45,814 nucleotides of DNA from a virus. Below, piece after piece: positions 4,836-14,539 of the stretch; within the stretch, counting starts at the first letter, position 1, and every line of letters starts with the position of its first letter. The notes under the pieces were generated by a model. It was given only the letters and a program-made list of their open reading frames with translations. It ran no database searches and had not been told where the DNA came from. The position numbers and the translations under genes were made by a program. Where the stretch lies: positions 1-45,814 of IMG/VR virus record IMGVR_UViG_3300022562_000301; one strand, written 5' to 3'.

Positions 4836-6381
4836 TCTAGATAATGCCGTTATAAACGGCAATTTTGCTGAAATAATTAGTGAATTAAAACGACGACAAG
4901 AACATGAAATAAATAAATATACACCTGGAGATACACCTGAGTGGAATCAAAAAAGTTTTCACGAATCGACGGCAAGGTATAGGTTAGTATTTGGAGGTAA
5001 TCAGAGTGGGAAATCTTATAGTAATGCTTATGAAGTGGCTTGCTGGCTTACAGGGAATCACCCTTATCGAATGGTTCCTAAACCTCCTGTCACAGTCTGG
5101 GTAATTTCAGCAGAATATTCTACCATCCACCAAGGAGTATATCGTCACCTAGTAAATTTAATTCCTTACTGGGAAATAGAAAAGTTCGGACCAACTGTAC
5201 CGCAGCAGCCAATTAGTTCCTATATCCGATTAAAAAACGGATCAGAAGTATATTTTAAAACCGCTCTCGGCGACAGCCGAAAGAAGTTTCAGGCTGCTGC
5301 GGTACACTTAACTAGTATCGACGAAGAAGTAGACTATAGTATTTGGGAAGAACTAGAAGTTCGATCCTTAGCCACTGGTGGTGAATATATTATCAGTGCA
5401 ACTCTAGTCGAATCCTATGAGTGGATAGTTAAGCTAGAAGAACTAGCTGATAAAAAGAAAGAGGGTTACTTCATAGTAAGACTTAATACTGAAGATAACC
5501 CTCACTTGGATAAGAAACGAGTAGCAGAGTTAAAAGAAAAATTTGACGAAGAAACATTAGAAGTACGATTTAAGGGTAAAAGTCGCCGTAGTCGTGGACT
5601 GATATACAATACCTGGGACAAGAATATTCATGAAATAGATCCTTTTCCTATACCTTATAAGTGGCCTAAATGGTGTGCAATAGATCCTGGTATTCAGACT
5701 TTTGCGGCACTATGGGTAACAGTAGACCCTGATGATTTTATATATGCCTATCGTGAATTATATTATCATAATGTACCATTATGGGAAGTTGCAGCAGCCC
5801 TTAGAACAAGTGAAGGATTTAAATTAAATAAACAATTAACTGAAAAATTTGGACATTACGTATGGGAAAATCCTGATAGTAATGTAGTAGAACATATGGT
5901 ATTAAGAATAATTGACGATAAACGGGGAGCAAGACTTATTACAGGGGACGAGGGAGTACTTGACCAACTGTATTCTCTTTATGGTATTTCTTGTGTGCCT
6001 GCTGAAAAAGCTGTCAGACCAGGAATAGAACTCTGTAGAAAATGGCTAGAACAAATACCCCATCCTAGAACAGGAATATTAACTCCTAAATTTAGGGTAT
6101 TTAAAAGTTGTGAAAACTTCATAGATGAAAGGGCAAAATACAGAATAAGGACTAAAGCTACTAAAAAGGAATCCAATGATCCTATAGATCAACCAATTAA
6201 AAAGAAAGATCACTTGATGGACTGTTGGCGATATATCGCCATGACTAACCCCAGGTATGAGGATAGGAAACTTATTACGGCATTTGCCAAAGATTACGTG
6301 AGTTTCTATGACAGGAACAGGCGACGTAGAAGGAAAGATACCGAAGAATTCATTGATGAATACCTCGGTACAGAAATATAA
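4813..6381 (+). CDS. terL: terminase large subunit
   Basis: Walker A GGNQSGKS and Walker B-like LTSIDEE. C-terminal nuclease-type acidic motifs (AIDPG, DHLMDCWRY). Size 522 aa. Confidence 0.9.
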   Translation: MSNLEMNNLDNAVINGNFAEIISELKRRQEHEINKYTPGDTPEWNQKSFHESTARYRLVFGGNQSGKSYSNAYEVACWLTGNHPYRMVPKPPVTVWVISAEYSTIHQGVYRHLVNLIPYWEIEKFGPTVPQQPISSYIRLKNGSEVYFKTALGDSRKKFQAAAVHLTSIDEEVDYSIWEELEVRSLATGGEYIISATLVESYEWIVKLEELADKKKEGYFIVRLNTEDNPHLDKKRVAELKEKFDEETLEVRFKGKSRRSRGLIYNTWDKNIHEIDPFPIPYKWPKWCAIDPGIQTFAALWVTVDPDDFIYAYRELYYHNVPLWEVAAALRTSEGFKLNKQLTEKFGHYVWENPDSNVVEHMVLRIIDDKRGARLITGDEGVLDQLYSLYGISCVPAEKAVRPGIELCRKWLEQIPHPRTGILTPKFRVFKSCENFIDERAKYRIRTKATKKESNDPIDQPIKKKDHLMDCWRYIAMTNPRYEDRKLITAFAKDYVSFYDRNRRRRRKDTEEFIDEYLGTEI

Positions 6382-6661
6382 AAAAGATAGAATAAATGAT
6401 AAACCTCTTGAAATTAGTACACCTGCATGTATATCACATATTTTAGTAAATATAATGAATAAAATGGTTTTAATTGATAATAATACTCTTGATAAATTTG
6501 TTGATTATTGTATTACTTATCCTGGATGTAATATAGGGGATGCCTATAAAACAGCAACAGGTAAAACCTATTACAATTTATCTGCTTCTGAGCAGTTACC
6601 TTGGCAGATAGTGTTTGATTTGGCTACCAGGATTGGGACATGGACAAAAAAGTTAAATTAA
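6308..6661 (+). CDS. hypothetical protein; start uncertain (ATG at 6308, 6356, 6455 or 6464)
   Basis: The ORF overlaps the terL 3' end by 74 nt if the longest form is used. No clear RBS at any candidate start. Confidence 0.45.
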   Translation: MTGTGDVEGKIPKNSLMNTSVQKYKKDRINDKPLEISTPACISHILVNIMNKMVLIDNNTLDKFVDYCITYPGCNIGDAYKTATGKTYYNLSASEQLPWQIVFDLATRIGTWTKKLN

Positions 6662-7479
6662 TTCTAGGTGTTACTACCCTAGGATATAGTAAAAATACAG
6701 TAGACTGCCTGTTAGAATTAGCTAACGGTCATTTTCTAACAGGTTGGGCAATACCAGATGCCTGTCTAATACCACATTGTAGAAATAAAGTAGTAGAATT
6801 AGCTAGACAAAACTGCCCTGACTACACCCATTTAATATTTATTGATGATGACATGGCAGGATTTAGCAAAGAACACGTAGTAAAATTAGTTAATAATACT
6901 ATACTAATAGAAAATTGTGATATTTGCTCAGCATTAGTAACAATGAGAAAGCCACCCTACAAATTAGTAGCACAATTTTCTGATTGTAGTGACAAAGACG
7001 TATATGATTTCATTTGTGAACGAAAAGTAGTAGAATCAACTCATGTAGGTATGGCATTTACTGTTATTAAACGAGAGGTATTAGATGCAGTAGAAGAACA
7101 AACTGAAGATGGATCAGTATGGTTTACTTTAGATAGACCTCCTAGAGCTACTTATGAACTAGAACTAGCAGATTACACTAGTGAATTAGTTAAACAAGTA
7201 AATTCTAATAATATTGATACTAAAGGTGCATTATTAAAGGCAGCTGCCTTTGGAGAAAATGCTCATAGAGGGTCAAGATTATTAGGAGAGGACATAGAAT
7301 TTTGTGTTAAAGCACGCCGAATGGGATATAAAATGTGGGTCGACTGCGGCGTGTCAGTCGGACACTTGGGCTTAGTAGGATTTGATTTTCGTCATGCATT
7401 TGCTGAAGCTGACCGTCTCAGGGCTATGGCTGCTGCTAGTGATGCAGGGGTGCCTAACGATGGGGTGCTCGCAGAATGA
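6640..7479 (+). CDS. glycosyltransferase, GT-A fold (family 2-like)
   Basis: The HLIFIDDDM DxD motif follows an N-terminal Rossmann-like strand (KLILGVTT). GEDIEFCVKARRMGY is typical of GT2 enzymes. Confidence 0.7.
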   Translation: MDKKVKLILGVTTLGYSKNTVDCLLELANGHFLTGWAIPDACLIPHCRNKVVELARQNCPDYTHLIFIDDDMAGFSKEHVVKLVNNTILIENCDICSALVTMRKPPYKLVAQFSDCSDKDVYDFICERKVVESTHVGMAFTVIKREVLDAVEEQTEDGSVWFTLDRPPRATYELELADYTSELVKQVNSNNIDTKGALLKAAAFGENAHRGSRLLGEDIEFCVKARRMGYKMWVDCGVSVGHLGLVGFDFRHAFAEADRLRAMAAASDAGVPNDGVLAE

Positions 7480-7759
7480 GAGGAATAAATGGTTTCCTGC
7501 GAGCGTTTACCATGTAACTCAATTACAGGATGCTTTAACTGCTCAACATCAATTAATGGAACCTGCACAAGCTGAAATGATTGCTAAAAATAAGGCTGAT
7601 TTTGTAAATGTATTTGATGCTGAAATTTTACCTGCGGTGACTACCTTTCTTGGAGACTCTTGGCAGACTATTCTTGGAGCCTTGGGTATCGGTGGTATTG
7701 GTGCTCTTGGCCTCGGTACTCTTACTAAGACTAAGAGGAAAGGTCCCACCAATGTTTAA
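7460..7759 (+). CDS. small protein with a C-terminal Gly-rich transmembrane segment (ILGALGIGGIGALGLGTL); start uncertain (7460 or 7556)
   Basis: The frame stays open and helix-like through 7480-7555. The ATGTTTAA junction couples it to the next gene. Confidence 0.55.
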   Translation: MGCSQNERNKWFPASVYHVTQLQDALTAQHQLMEPAQAEMIAKNKADFVNVFDAEILPAVTTFLGDSWQTILGALGIGGIGALGLGTLTKTKRKGPTNV

Positions 7760-7907
7760 GAGTAAAACTTTCTGGACATCTATCGCAGCTATTGCTACTA
7801 CTGCTGGGTTATACATGAGTCATGAAATCTCTTTAGTAGAGGCACTAACTGCTGTATTTGCAGCAGTTCAAGTAATTAATGTGCGACATACTATAGTGAA
7901 TAAGTAA
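7752..7907 (+). CDS. small two-TM membrane protein (51 aa); holin-like by size and topology only
   Basis: ATG 7752 is preceded by GAGGAAAGG. Hydrophobic stretches TFWTSIAAIATTAGLYM and LVEALTAVFAAVQVI. Confidence 0.55.
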   Translation: MFKSKTFWTSIAAIATTAGLYMSHEISLVEALTAVFAAVQVINVRHTIVNK

Positions 7908-8191
7908 TGGAAATTCCTGAGAGTATTAGAGAAAAATTACAAGGGAGACAGAGTACTGAACATAGCTCCCTTAGTAAGGAAGATTTATTAATTCAATTTA
8001 TTAATATGCAACAGCAATACTATGCTGATATGAGAGACATGGCACACCAACATGCTAAACTTGCAACAGACCTAATAAATATATTCCATGGAACAGTACC
8101 CACTAATAACACTGGTCCAGTTAGTGAGGAAGTTCCTATAGATTTCGATATAGGTGAAGATTTAAGAGGTGGAGAATTAGGTGCCGACTAA
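7907..8191 (+). CDS. hypothetical protein (94 aa)
   Basis: TAATG start/stop coupling to the previous gene. Confidence 0.6.
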   Translation: MEIPESIREKLQGRQSTEHSSLSKEDLLIQFINMQQQYYADMRDMAHQHAKLATDLINIFHGTVPTNNTGPVSEEVPIDFDIGEDLRGGELGAD

Positions 8192-10262
8192 TCTGTATGA
8201 AGTGCGGAAAGGTAAAAAAGGCTCTGTTGAAGACTTCATTAAAAGTAAATATGAAGATCACAAACAGAGAATGACAGACCTCTACCGCGAGTGGGCACTG
8301 ACCCTCGCGTGGACGAGGGGTCATCAGAACGTAAACTTTAACCCAACTACCAAACAATGGACTAAAGTAAAACGTAATCCTTGGCAAACACGACTTATTA
8401 GCAATTTACTATTACCGTTAGTTCGTAGTAAAGTTGCTAGACTATATCTTCCTAGGCCCGTATGGGACGTTATTCCAGCTACACCTGACCAGGAAGATAT
8501 TGATATATCCCATACTGCTAGAAAAATTCTAGAAGATGTGTGGGTACGACATAATTTAACAACTAAACTTATTAGAAAATCATTCTGGCAAGCAATAACT
8601 GGCAATGCTTTTATGAAGGTTGGGTGGGATTCGAAAGCCGGAAAGGAGGTCCAGATTGATCCTCGGTCGGTGGAAGATCAGGCTCTTGACCAATTCATGG
8701 CTATCAATGGCCTAGAAGTCCCACCCAACCTAATCACTGTAAATGAAGGTGATTTATTTATTGAACCAGTATCACCTTTTAATATGGTCTTTGATCATAT
8801 GTCTAATGTGTTCGAAGATAGTGATTGGTGTTTTGAATTAAACCTTAGATCAAAAGACTGGATTATTGATGAATTTGGAACTAAGTGGAAGGATAAAATT
8901 TCTGAGACAAATGAAGCGGAAGCATTAATCCATCCTTATATACATTTAGATGATGATGTTAAACAAGTAAATCGTAGAGGCGTATTAACTTTTGAAATGT
9001 ACATTAAAAAGTGCAGACAGTTTAAGAAGGGTTTATATGTTTTTATGGCTGACGATCAGTTATTAGTTACACCTAAAGATTTGCCATTTGAACATGGAAA
9101 GAAACCCTATGTCCATCATATAGAAATATATGACCCTGTAACCCCTTGGGGTACTAGTTGTGCTATTCAAGTAAGACCTAATCAGGCACGTTACAATAGG
9201 GTACAATCAGTAATTACTGACCATATTAATTTAACTAGTAAAGTTCAATGGCTTATTCCTAGAAGTGCTCATATAACACAAATTACTAATCGACCGGGTG
9301 AGAATATTTTCTTTAGTGGTGCTATACCTCCAACACAGACTCAACCTAGAAATATACCTATGTATGTTGAACAAACATTAGAACGAACTCGTAGAGACAT
9401 GCAAGATACTTCTAGTTTTCATAATGTATCACAAGGTCAAGGAGATACTGGAGTACGATCAGGTCGTGCAGTATTAGCCTTACAGGATGCTGACGATTCT
9501 GTAGACTCGCCAATTTTTGGTTGGGAAGATAAATGTCTCCGTGACCTTGGAGTACTTGTTCTTGAAACTTTAAATCAATATGTAACAGAAGAAAAAGTTA
9601 TTAGAGTTAGAGGAGAATTTAATGAGTTACAAACATTAAAATACACTGGAGCAATGCTTAAAGGAAATAGTCCAGGCGATTATTTTGATGTACGTATTAA
9701 GACTTATGGTCGTCATATACTTTCAAGAGCAGGACGTGAGGCACAAGTAATTAACTTTGTGCAACTCGGTCTCCTTAATCCGCAAGATCCTAACGATAGA
9801 GATATTATTCTTGAAATGTTAGGATCAGGAGATGTTGAGCGTATATTTGACCAGGAAGAAGCTGATCGTACAAGACAGTGGGACGAAATTCAGGCGATGG
9901 AGCAGGGTCAACCTGTAGAAGTCTTGGCTGGAGAAAACCATAAAGAACATCTTAAGATGATTAAGAGATGGTTAGCTTCAAGTAGACGAGACAAGGCATC
10001 GCCAGAAGCTATTAAATTAATTCAGTTGCACTACATTATGCATATGCAAATGCAGGCAGCTGAATTAGTTCAACAGCAAGCAATAGCTCAAGGAGCCGTA
10101 CAAGGAGATTATGACACTACTACGATTAACCAAAGTATTACTGGACCCTCAGGAAACCGGAACGGGCAGCGTCCCGCCGGCCCCGCCGGTGGCCCCAGTA
10201 GATTCCAAGGACTCGCCGGAGAGCAAGCCGGAAGTCTCACCGGAGTCAACAGAACCCAGTAA
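8181..10262 (+). CDS. portal protein
   Basis: 693 aa, between terminase and scaffold/capsid. Size and position are typical of podovirus head-tail connectors. GTG start. Confidence 0.75.
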   Translation: MPTNLYEVRKGKKGSVEDFIKSKYEDHKQRMTDLYREWALTLAWTRGHQNVNFNPTTKQWTKVKRNPWQTRLISNLLLPLVRSKVARLYLPRPVWDVIPATPDQEDIDISHTARKILEDVWVRHNLTTKLIRKSFWQAITGNAFMKVGWDSKAGKEVQIDPRSVEDQALDQFMAINGLEVPPNLITVNEGDLFIEPVSPFNMVFDHMSNVFEDSDWCFELNLRSKDWIIDEFGTKWKDKISETNEAEALIHPYIHLDDDVKQVNRRGVLTFEMYIKKCRQFKKGLYVFMADDQLLVTPKDLPFEHGKKPYVHHIEIYDPVTPWGTSCAIQVRPNQARYNRVQSVITDHINLTSKVQWLIPRSAHITQITNRPGENIFFSGAIPPTQTQPRNIPMYVEQTLERTRRDMQDTSSFHNVSQGQGDTGVRSGRAVLALQDADDSVDSPIFGWEDKCLRDLGVLVLETLNQYVTEEKVIRVRGEFNELQTLKYTGAMLKGNSPGDYFDVRIKTYGRHILSRAGREAQVINFVQLGLLNPQDPNDRDIILEMLGSGDVERIFDQEEADRTRQWDEIQAMEQGQPVEVLAGENHKEHLKMIKRWLASSRRDKASPEAIKLIQLHYIMHMQMQAAELVQQQAIAQGAVQGDYDTTTINQSITGPSGNRNGQRPAGPAGGPSRFQGLAGEQAGSLTGVNRTQ

Positions 10263-10851
10263 AAAGGAATATTTTACTTTATCTGATATTGATGGAAAAG
10301 AATATGATCTTACTGGGCAAGAGATTTACCAGTTAGCTCAGATAGGATTAAATTCTTTGAAAGATCCTAAGAAGGAAGAAAAGAAACCTGATCCTAAAGA
10401 AATGACTTATGAGGAAAGGTTTAATCAATTAAACCAGGAATTTCATGAGTATAAGAGTAAACAGGAACAGGAAGCCACTAATAATAGAATTCAACGAGAC
10501 CTGAATGATGCTATTAATTCTTTTGATTTATTTAAAAATACTGAATATGCTGCATTAATTCCTGGAGCTAAGGCAGAAGCATTAGCTCGACAATCACTGA
10601 ATCCTAGAATGTCATTAAAAGATGCTGTTGCTGCTGTAGTAGAAGATCGTATGAAATTAATTAAGGCTGTTGAAACTAATTCAGAAGCTAAATATAAAAA
10701 TGGACGATTATTAGAAAATAGTACTAAAGGAATTGTTAGAGGTCCAAGTGGAATACCTCAGATAGATTCTGAGAAAAAGTTTACGCCAGAAGATGTTGTT
10801 AAGGGAGAGTCCCTTAAAGCACTTCAAGCACTTTTGAATCGAGGAGAATAG
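10111..10851 (+). CDS. scaffolding protein candidate (K/E-rich, helical); start uncertain
   Basis: Lies between portal and capsid. The frame is open and coding-like from 10111, and the first ATG after the portal stop is only at about 10404. AAGGAG sits just before ATG 10111. Confidence 0.55.
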   Translation: MTLLRLTKVLLDPQETGTGSVPPAPPVAPVDSKDSPESKPEVSPESTEPSKKEYFTLSDIDGKEYDLTGQEIYQLAQIGLNSLKDPKKEEKKPDPKEMTYEERFNQLNQEFHEYKSKQEQEATNNRIQRDLNDAINSFDLFKNTEYAALIPGAKAEALARQSLNPRMSLKDAVAAVVEDRMKLIKAVETNSEAKYKNGRLLENSTKGIVRGPSGIPQIDSEKKFTPEDVVKGESLKALQALLNRGE

Positions 10852-10854
10852 TAA

Positions 10855-12252
10855 GTGGCTGGATTAGAGAGCGAAAGTTTTTCATCTGCAATGAAGACCC
10901 TGTATATGGGTCCATTGAACGATCAAGTTTTTAGGGCACACGTCTTACTAAATAGATTGGAGAAGAATAGTAAAGACGTATCTGGTAACTTTGCTTATGT
11001 TCCATTAATTACTGCTCGTAACCCTGCTGTCGGTTCTCGTAAAGACCCGGCTACTACGGCAGCTGTTGCTGGTCCTAAGTTTCCGGCTCATGGATCTCAG
11101 ACTTATAGTAGTTTAACTTTTACTATGGGTCAGCACTATGGTCGTGGGTCTATCGCTGGAACTACTAAGCGTAAGTCTCGTAATGATTCCGGTGCATTTG
11201 CTCGTGCATTAGATGAGGAAATGCAGGGATTAATGAAGTCATTACCTGATGATCTTAACCGTCAGGTATGTGGTGATGGTTCTGGCCGTGCTGCTAGCTT
11301 AGCCAGCACTCAGACTACTTCTACTGTTATCGAAGTTTATTCTACACAACCTATGTCTGCTCGAGTAGGTGATAGGGTTCACTTTGATGATATTACTGCT
11401 AGTGGTGGTATTACCCCTGCTAATGGTACTACTATTTCTGCCATTGCATTTAATCAGGACAAGACTGGTGCTGCCTCTACTACTAAACATAAGATTACTT
11501 TAGCTGCTGCTTCTGGTGCTACTTTAACAACTACTGATGATGCTATGTATTTTGGTGCTGCAACTTCAATGACTGCTGAAGATTCTAGCCGTGGTCAGGA
11601 AATTTATGGTATTCTTGCATTAATTGACGATGGAAATATTGGGGCAGATTATACTATTCCTATTGAATCCGGTGAATTATTAATTGGACCTGGGCAGTCT
11701 GCCTCTAGTGAACATACTAAGATTGGTGGTTTAACTCGTAGTTCTACTGCTATTATTCAGTCTACTGTTAAGCAGAATCCTGACAGTGCTGGTACTAAGC
11801 GACCCATTACTGAGACTATTGTTCAGGAAGCGTGGCTTTGTGCAGTAGCCCAGAATGGTGCAGTTCCTAATGAAGTTGAAGGTTATTGTGGCCCGGCAAC
11901 TTGGGGTACTTTAGGTATGACCCAGGTTGGTAGCCGTATCTATAATGATTATAAGGATACGGTTGAAATGGGTTTTGCCTACATTAGTGTCAACGGTTCT
12001 AAGGTTTTCTACGACCGTGATATTATGGAAGGCCATATTTTCTTCTTAATGATGCCTCACATTTTCTTACTTACTCAAGGCGACTATGAATTTATTGATG
12101 ACGACGGCAATGTTTTACGGAATATTGCTGATCGTGATGCTTGGGAATTTGCTGTAGGTCGTGACGTTCAGTTAGGTTATCGTAATGGTCGTAGCCATGT
12201 TAAGCTGACAGACCTTAAGACGATCATGGACGTTAATGGTCAACTTCACTAA
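10855..12252 (+). CDS. major capsid protein
   Basis: 465 aa directly after the scaffold. GAGGAG RBS and GTG start. The N-terminal region (KTLYMGPLNDQVF...LNRLEK...) looks like HK97-fold capsid proteins. Confidence 0.75.
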   Translation: MAGLESESFSSAMKTLYMGPLNDQVFRAHVLLNRLEKNSKDVSGNFAYVPLITARNPAVGSRKDPATTAAVAGPKFPAHGSQTYSSLTFTMGQHYGRGSIAGTTKRKSRNDSGAFARALDEEMQGLMKSLPDDLNRQVCGDGSGRAASLASTQTTSTVIEVYSTQPMSARVGDRVHFDDITASGGITPANGTTISAIAFNQDKTGAASTTKHKITLAAASGATLTTTDDAMYFGAATSMTAEDSSRGQEIYGILALIDDGNIGADYTIPIESGELLIGPGQSASSEHTKIGGLTRSSTAIIQSTVKQNPDSAGTKRPITETIVQEAWLCAVAQNGAVPNEVEGYCGPATWGTLGMTQVGSRIYNDYKDTVEMGFAYISVNGSKVFYDRDIMEGHIFFLMMPHIFLLTQGDYEFIDDDGNVLRNIADRDAWEFAVGRDVQLGYRNGRSHVKLTDLKTIMDVNGQLH

Positions 12253-12268
12253 GTGAAAGGGGGCCACA

Positions 12269-12901
12269 ATGATTACTGACAAACAAATTGCATGGTTAAG
12301 AAAGCGTGTTTGGCTTAATCCTTATCAATTTGGTTTAACTGAATCTTCTAATGTTTTAATGTCTGCATCTGTGGCTACAACTACTGTGATTCCTACGGAA
12401 GTTGGATCTACAGGAATTGTTGGCATTAATATGTCAGCAGATAATGATGCTTTAAGAGCTTTATGGCCTATTCCTTATGACCTTGATCCTAAGTTTGAAT
12501 TAGGCTTTAAAGTTTGGTGGACTGCTGCTACTATTTCTTCTGGTGGCGATTGTCTTTGGACTATCGAAGCAGACGTTAAGAAAGAAGGAATAGCTATTGC
12601 AGCTGCATCTACTGCATTAGATACTGCTATTGCATCTGATGAATATGTAACTAGTGCAGGTGCTGCTACTACTACTGATTCATTATTACAAGTAACTTCT
12701 CGGGGTATTAAAAATACTTTAGCCATTACTAGAGATGACATTGAACAAGGTTGTACTTTATCTATTGATTTAATTAAGACTAGTGATACTGATATTACGA
12801 CTGTTTTATTCTTAGGGTTAATGATTGACTATGCTCCTATGAGATGTTGGGGTGTAGGAAATGAATTAATTCCTTCTTTAAATGCTGATCGCAGCCCATA
12901 A
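12269..12901 (+). CDS. capsid-associated protein, paralogue 1 (210 aa)
   Basis: Clear similarity to 12913..13551 (IAWLRKRV/FAWMRKRI, GSTGIVGINMSADND/GTTGIAGLDMTSAND, IDYAPMRC/IDYVPQRC). Confidence 0.7.
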   Translation: MITDKQIAWLRKRVWLNPYQFGLTESSNVLMSASVATTTVIPTEVGSTGIVGINMSADNDALRALWPIPYDLDPKFELGFKVWWTAATISSGGDCLWTIEADVKKEGIAIAAASTALDTAIASDEYVTSAGAATTTDSLLQVTSRGIKNTLAITRDDIEQGCTLSIDLIKTSDTDITTVLFLGLMIDYAPMRCWGVGNELIPSLNADRSP

Positions 12902-12912
12902 GGAGATTATTA

Positions 12913-13551
12913 ATGCAAGATAATCACTTTGCGTGGATGCGAAAACGCATTGTATTAGAACATTTTGATTTTGGGTTAAAGGAATTTTCTGCTGCTATAG
13001 GATCAGCAGCAGAAAATACCGCAGCTGTGCCATTAATTGAAGTTGGTACTACTGGTATTGCTGGTCTTGATATGACATCTGCTAACGATAGTATATCTAC
13101 TATGATTCCTGTTCCTTATGATCTTAATCCATACCATGATATTGGATTTAGAATTAGATATACTGGTAATCCTGCTAGTGCTGCCGGTGCTGCTCTGTTT
13201 ACAATATGGGCCCAGATTATTCTGGAAGGTGCAGCACTTGTAGGTACTACTCAAACATTAAAAACTATAGTTGGAAACGATACTTATGGGGATAATGTAG
13301 GAACTGGAACAGCTACAGCTTGGTGCTCTCAGTTTACTAAACGTGGTATTATGACGTCTACTGAAAAATTTACAGTTACTAGGGATCAAATTGAAAAGGG
13401 TGCTGCAATGTGTATTTGGATTGATACTACAGTACTTACTAATATGACAACTACTGTATTTCAGAGTTTAATTATTGATTATGTTCCGCAACGATGTGTT
13501 GGGGATCATCAAGGAATAGACCGACCTTTAAGGGCGGATGCTAGGGCATGA
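12913..13551 (+). CDS. capsid-associated protein, paralogue 2 (212 aa)
   Basis: Tandem paralogue of 12269..12901. Confidence 0.7.
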   Translation: MQDNHFAWMRKRIVLEHFDFGLKEFSAAIGSAAENTAAVPLIEVGTTGIAGLDMTSANDSISTMIPVPYDLNPYHDIGFRIRYTGNPASAAGAALFTIWAQIILEGAALVGTTQTLKTIVGNDTYGDNVGTGTATAWCSQFTKRGIMTSTEKFTVTRDQIEKGAAMCIWIDTTVLTNMTTTVFQSLIIDYVPQRCVGDHQGIDRPLRADARA

Positions 13552-14078
13552 TAGCTACTGTATGCAAAAGGGGGGAGTTAGCCAACTATAACTTAGGTGG
13601 ACTAACTCCCCCCTTGGTGGAGTTACCCCGCAAGAATCTAGAACTTGTGTGGGATAGAGATGATGATAGATGGCAAATATATATGGTTACACCTGGAACT
13701 ACTCCCTCTATGGATACAATGACTTGGCAAATTTCAGTACCTTATAAAGGTTCTCTTGTCAGTAAGAATATACAATTCTGGTTACAAAAATATGATACAA
13801 CTGAAGGTGGAAAAAAGGATGATGATCAAAGAAAACAAGATTGGCTTGATACTTTTAAATGGGTAAGAGAACGAGAGCATATTAAACGAGAAAAAGCATT
13901 TGACGATGTGTGTTATGAATCTGGACATAGAGCTAAATTTTTAGAACGTTTAGCCTTCGGTGCTCCACAATGTGTTGTACCTGCTGGTCCAGTTGTCGGT
14001 ATAAATAAAAAGACAGGCAAACCAGTTAGGGCTTATGAAAAACCAAAAATAAGTAAGGAGATAATCGTTGGCGGATAG
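13548..14078 (+). CDS. hypothetical structural-module protein (176 aa)
   Basis: ATGA overlap with the previous gene. Confidence 0.65.
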   Translation: MIATVCKRGELANYNLGGLTPPLVELPRKNLELVWDRDDDRWQIYMVTPGTTPSMDTMTWQISVPYKGSLVSKNIQFWLQKYDTTEGGKKDDDQRKQDWLDTFKWVREREHIKREKAFDDVCYESGHRAKFLERLAFGAPQCVVPAGPVVGINKKTGKPVRAYEKPKISKEIIVGG

Positions 14079-14538
14079 AGAAATTGTTTCACGGGTTCCT
14101 AGAGGTATACCATCAGGACCACTTGAGGTACCTGCTGGAGACGATACTTTTATTAGTTTAAGAACTGCTACTACTGATGTTAGTACTACTATTACTAAAC
14201 AAGGAAATGATATTGATATTTCTACCTGTGCTAGTGTATTGATTGGTTGGACTGGTACTACTAGAGAAGCTGATATTACTATTACTCCTAAGTATACTGA
14301 TGGGAAAACAGGTGTTTATTTTCCCTATAAAATTTATGATGAATCAGATAATGACTTTGCTGATGATTTTACTATTGTAGTAGCTAAAACTAATTTAGTC
14401 GGCTGTGTGAATATTCCTAACCCTGGTGCAAAATTTTTAGCCCTTTATCTTACTGCTACAACTACTACACAAACTAGTGATTTTTATCTGTATATGTGCC
14501 GTAGTTTCAGAGATAGTCCTTTTATTCAGAAGGCATAA
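14068..14538 (+). CDS. hypothetical structural-module protein (156 aa)
   Basis: Packed operon context. Confidence 0.65.
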   Translation: MADREIVSRVPRGIPSGPLEVPAGDDTFISLRTATTDVSTTITKQGNDIDISTCASVLIGWTGTTREADITITPKYTDGKTGVYFPYKIYDESDNDFADDFTIVVAKTNLVGCVNIPNPGAKFLALYLTATTTTQTSDFYLYMCRSFRDSPFIQKA

Positions 14539-14539
14539 T

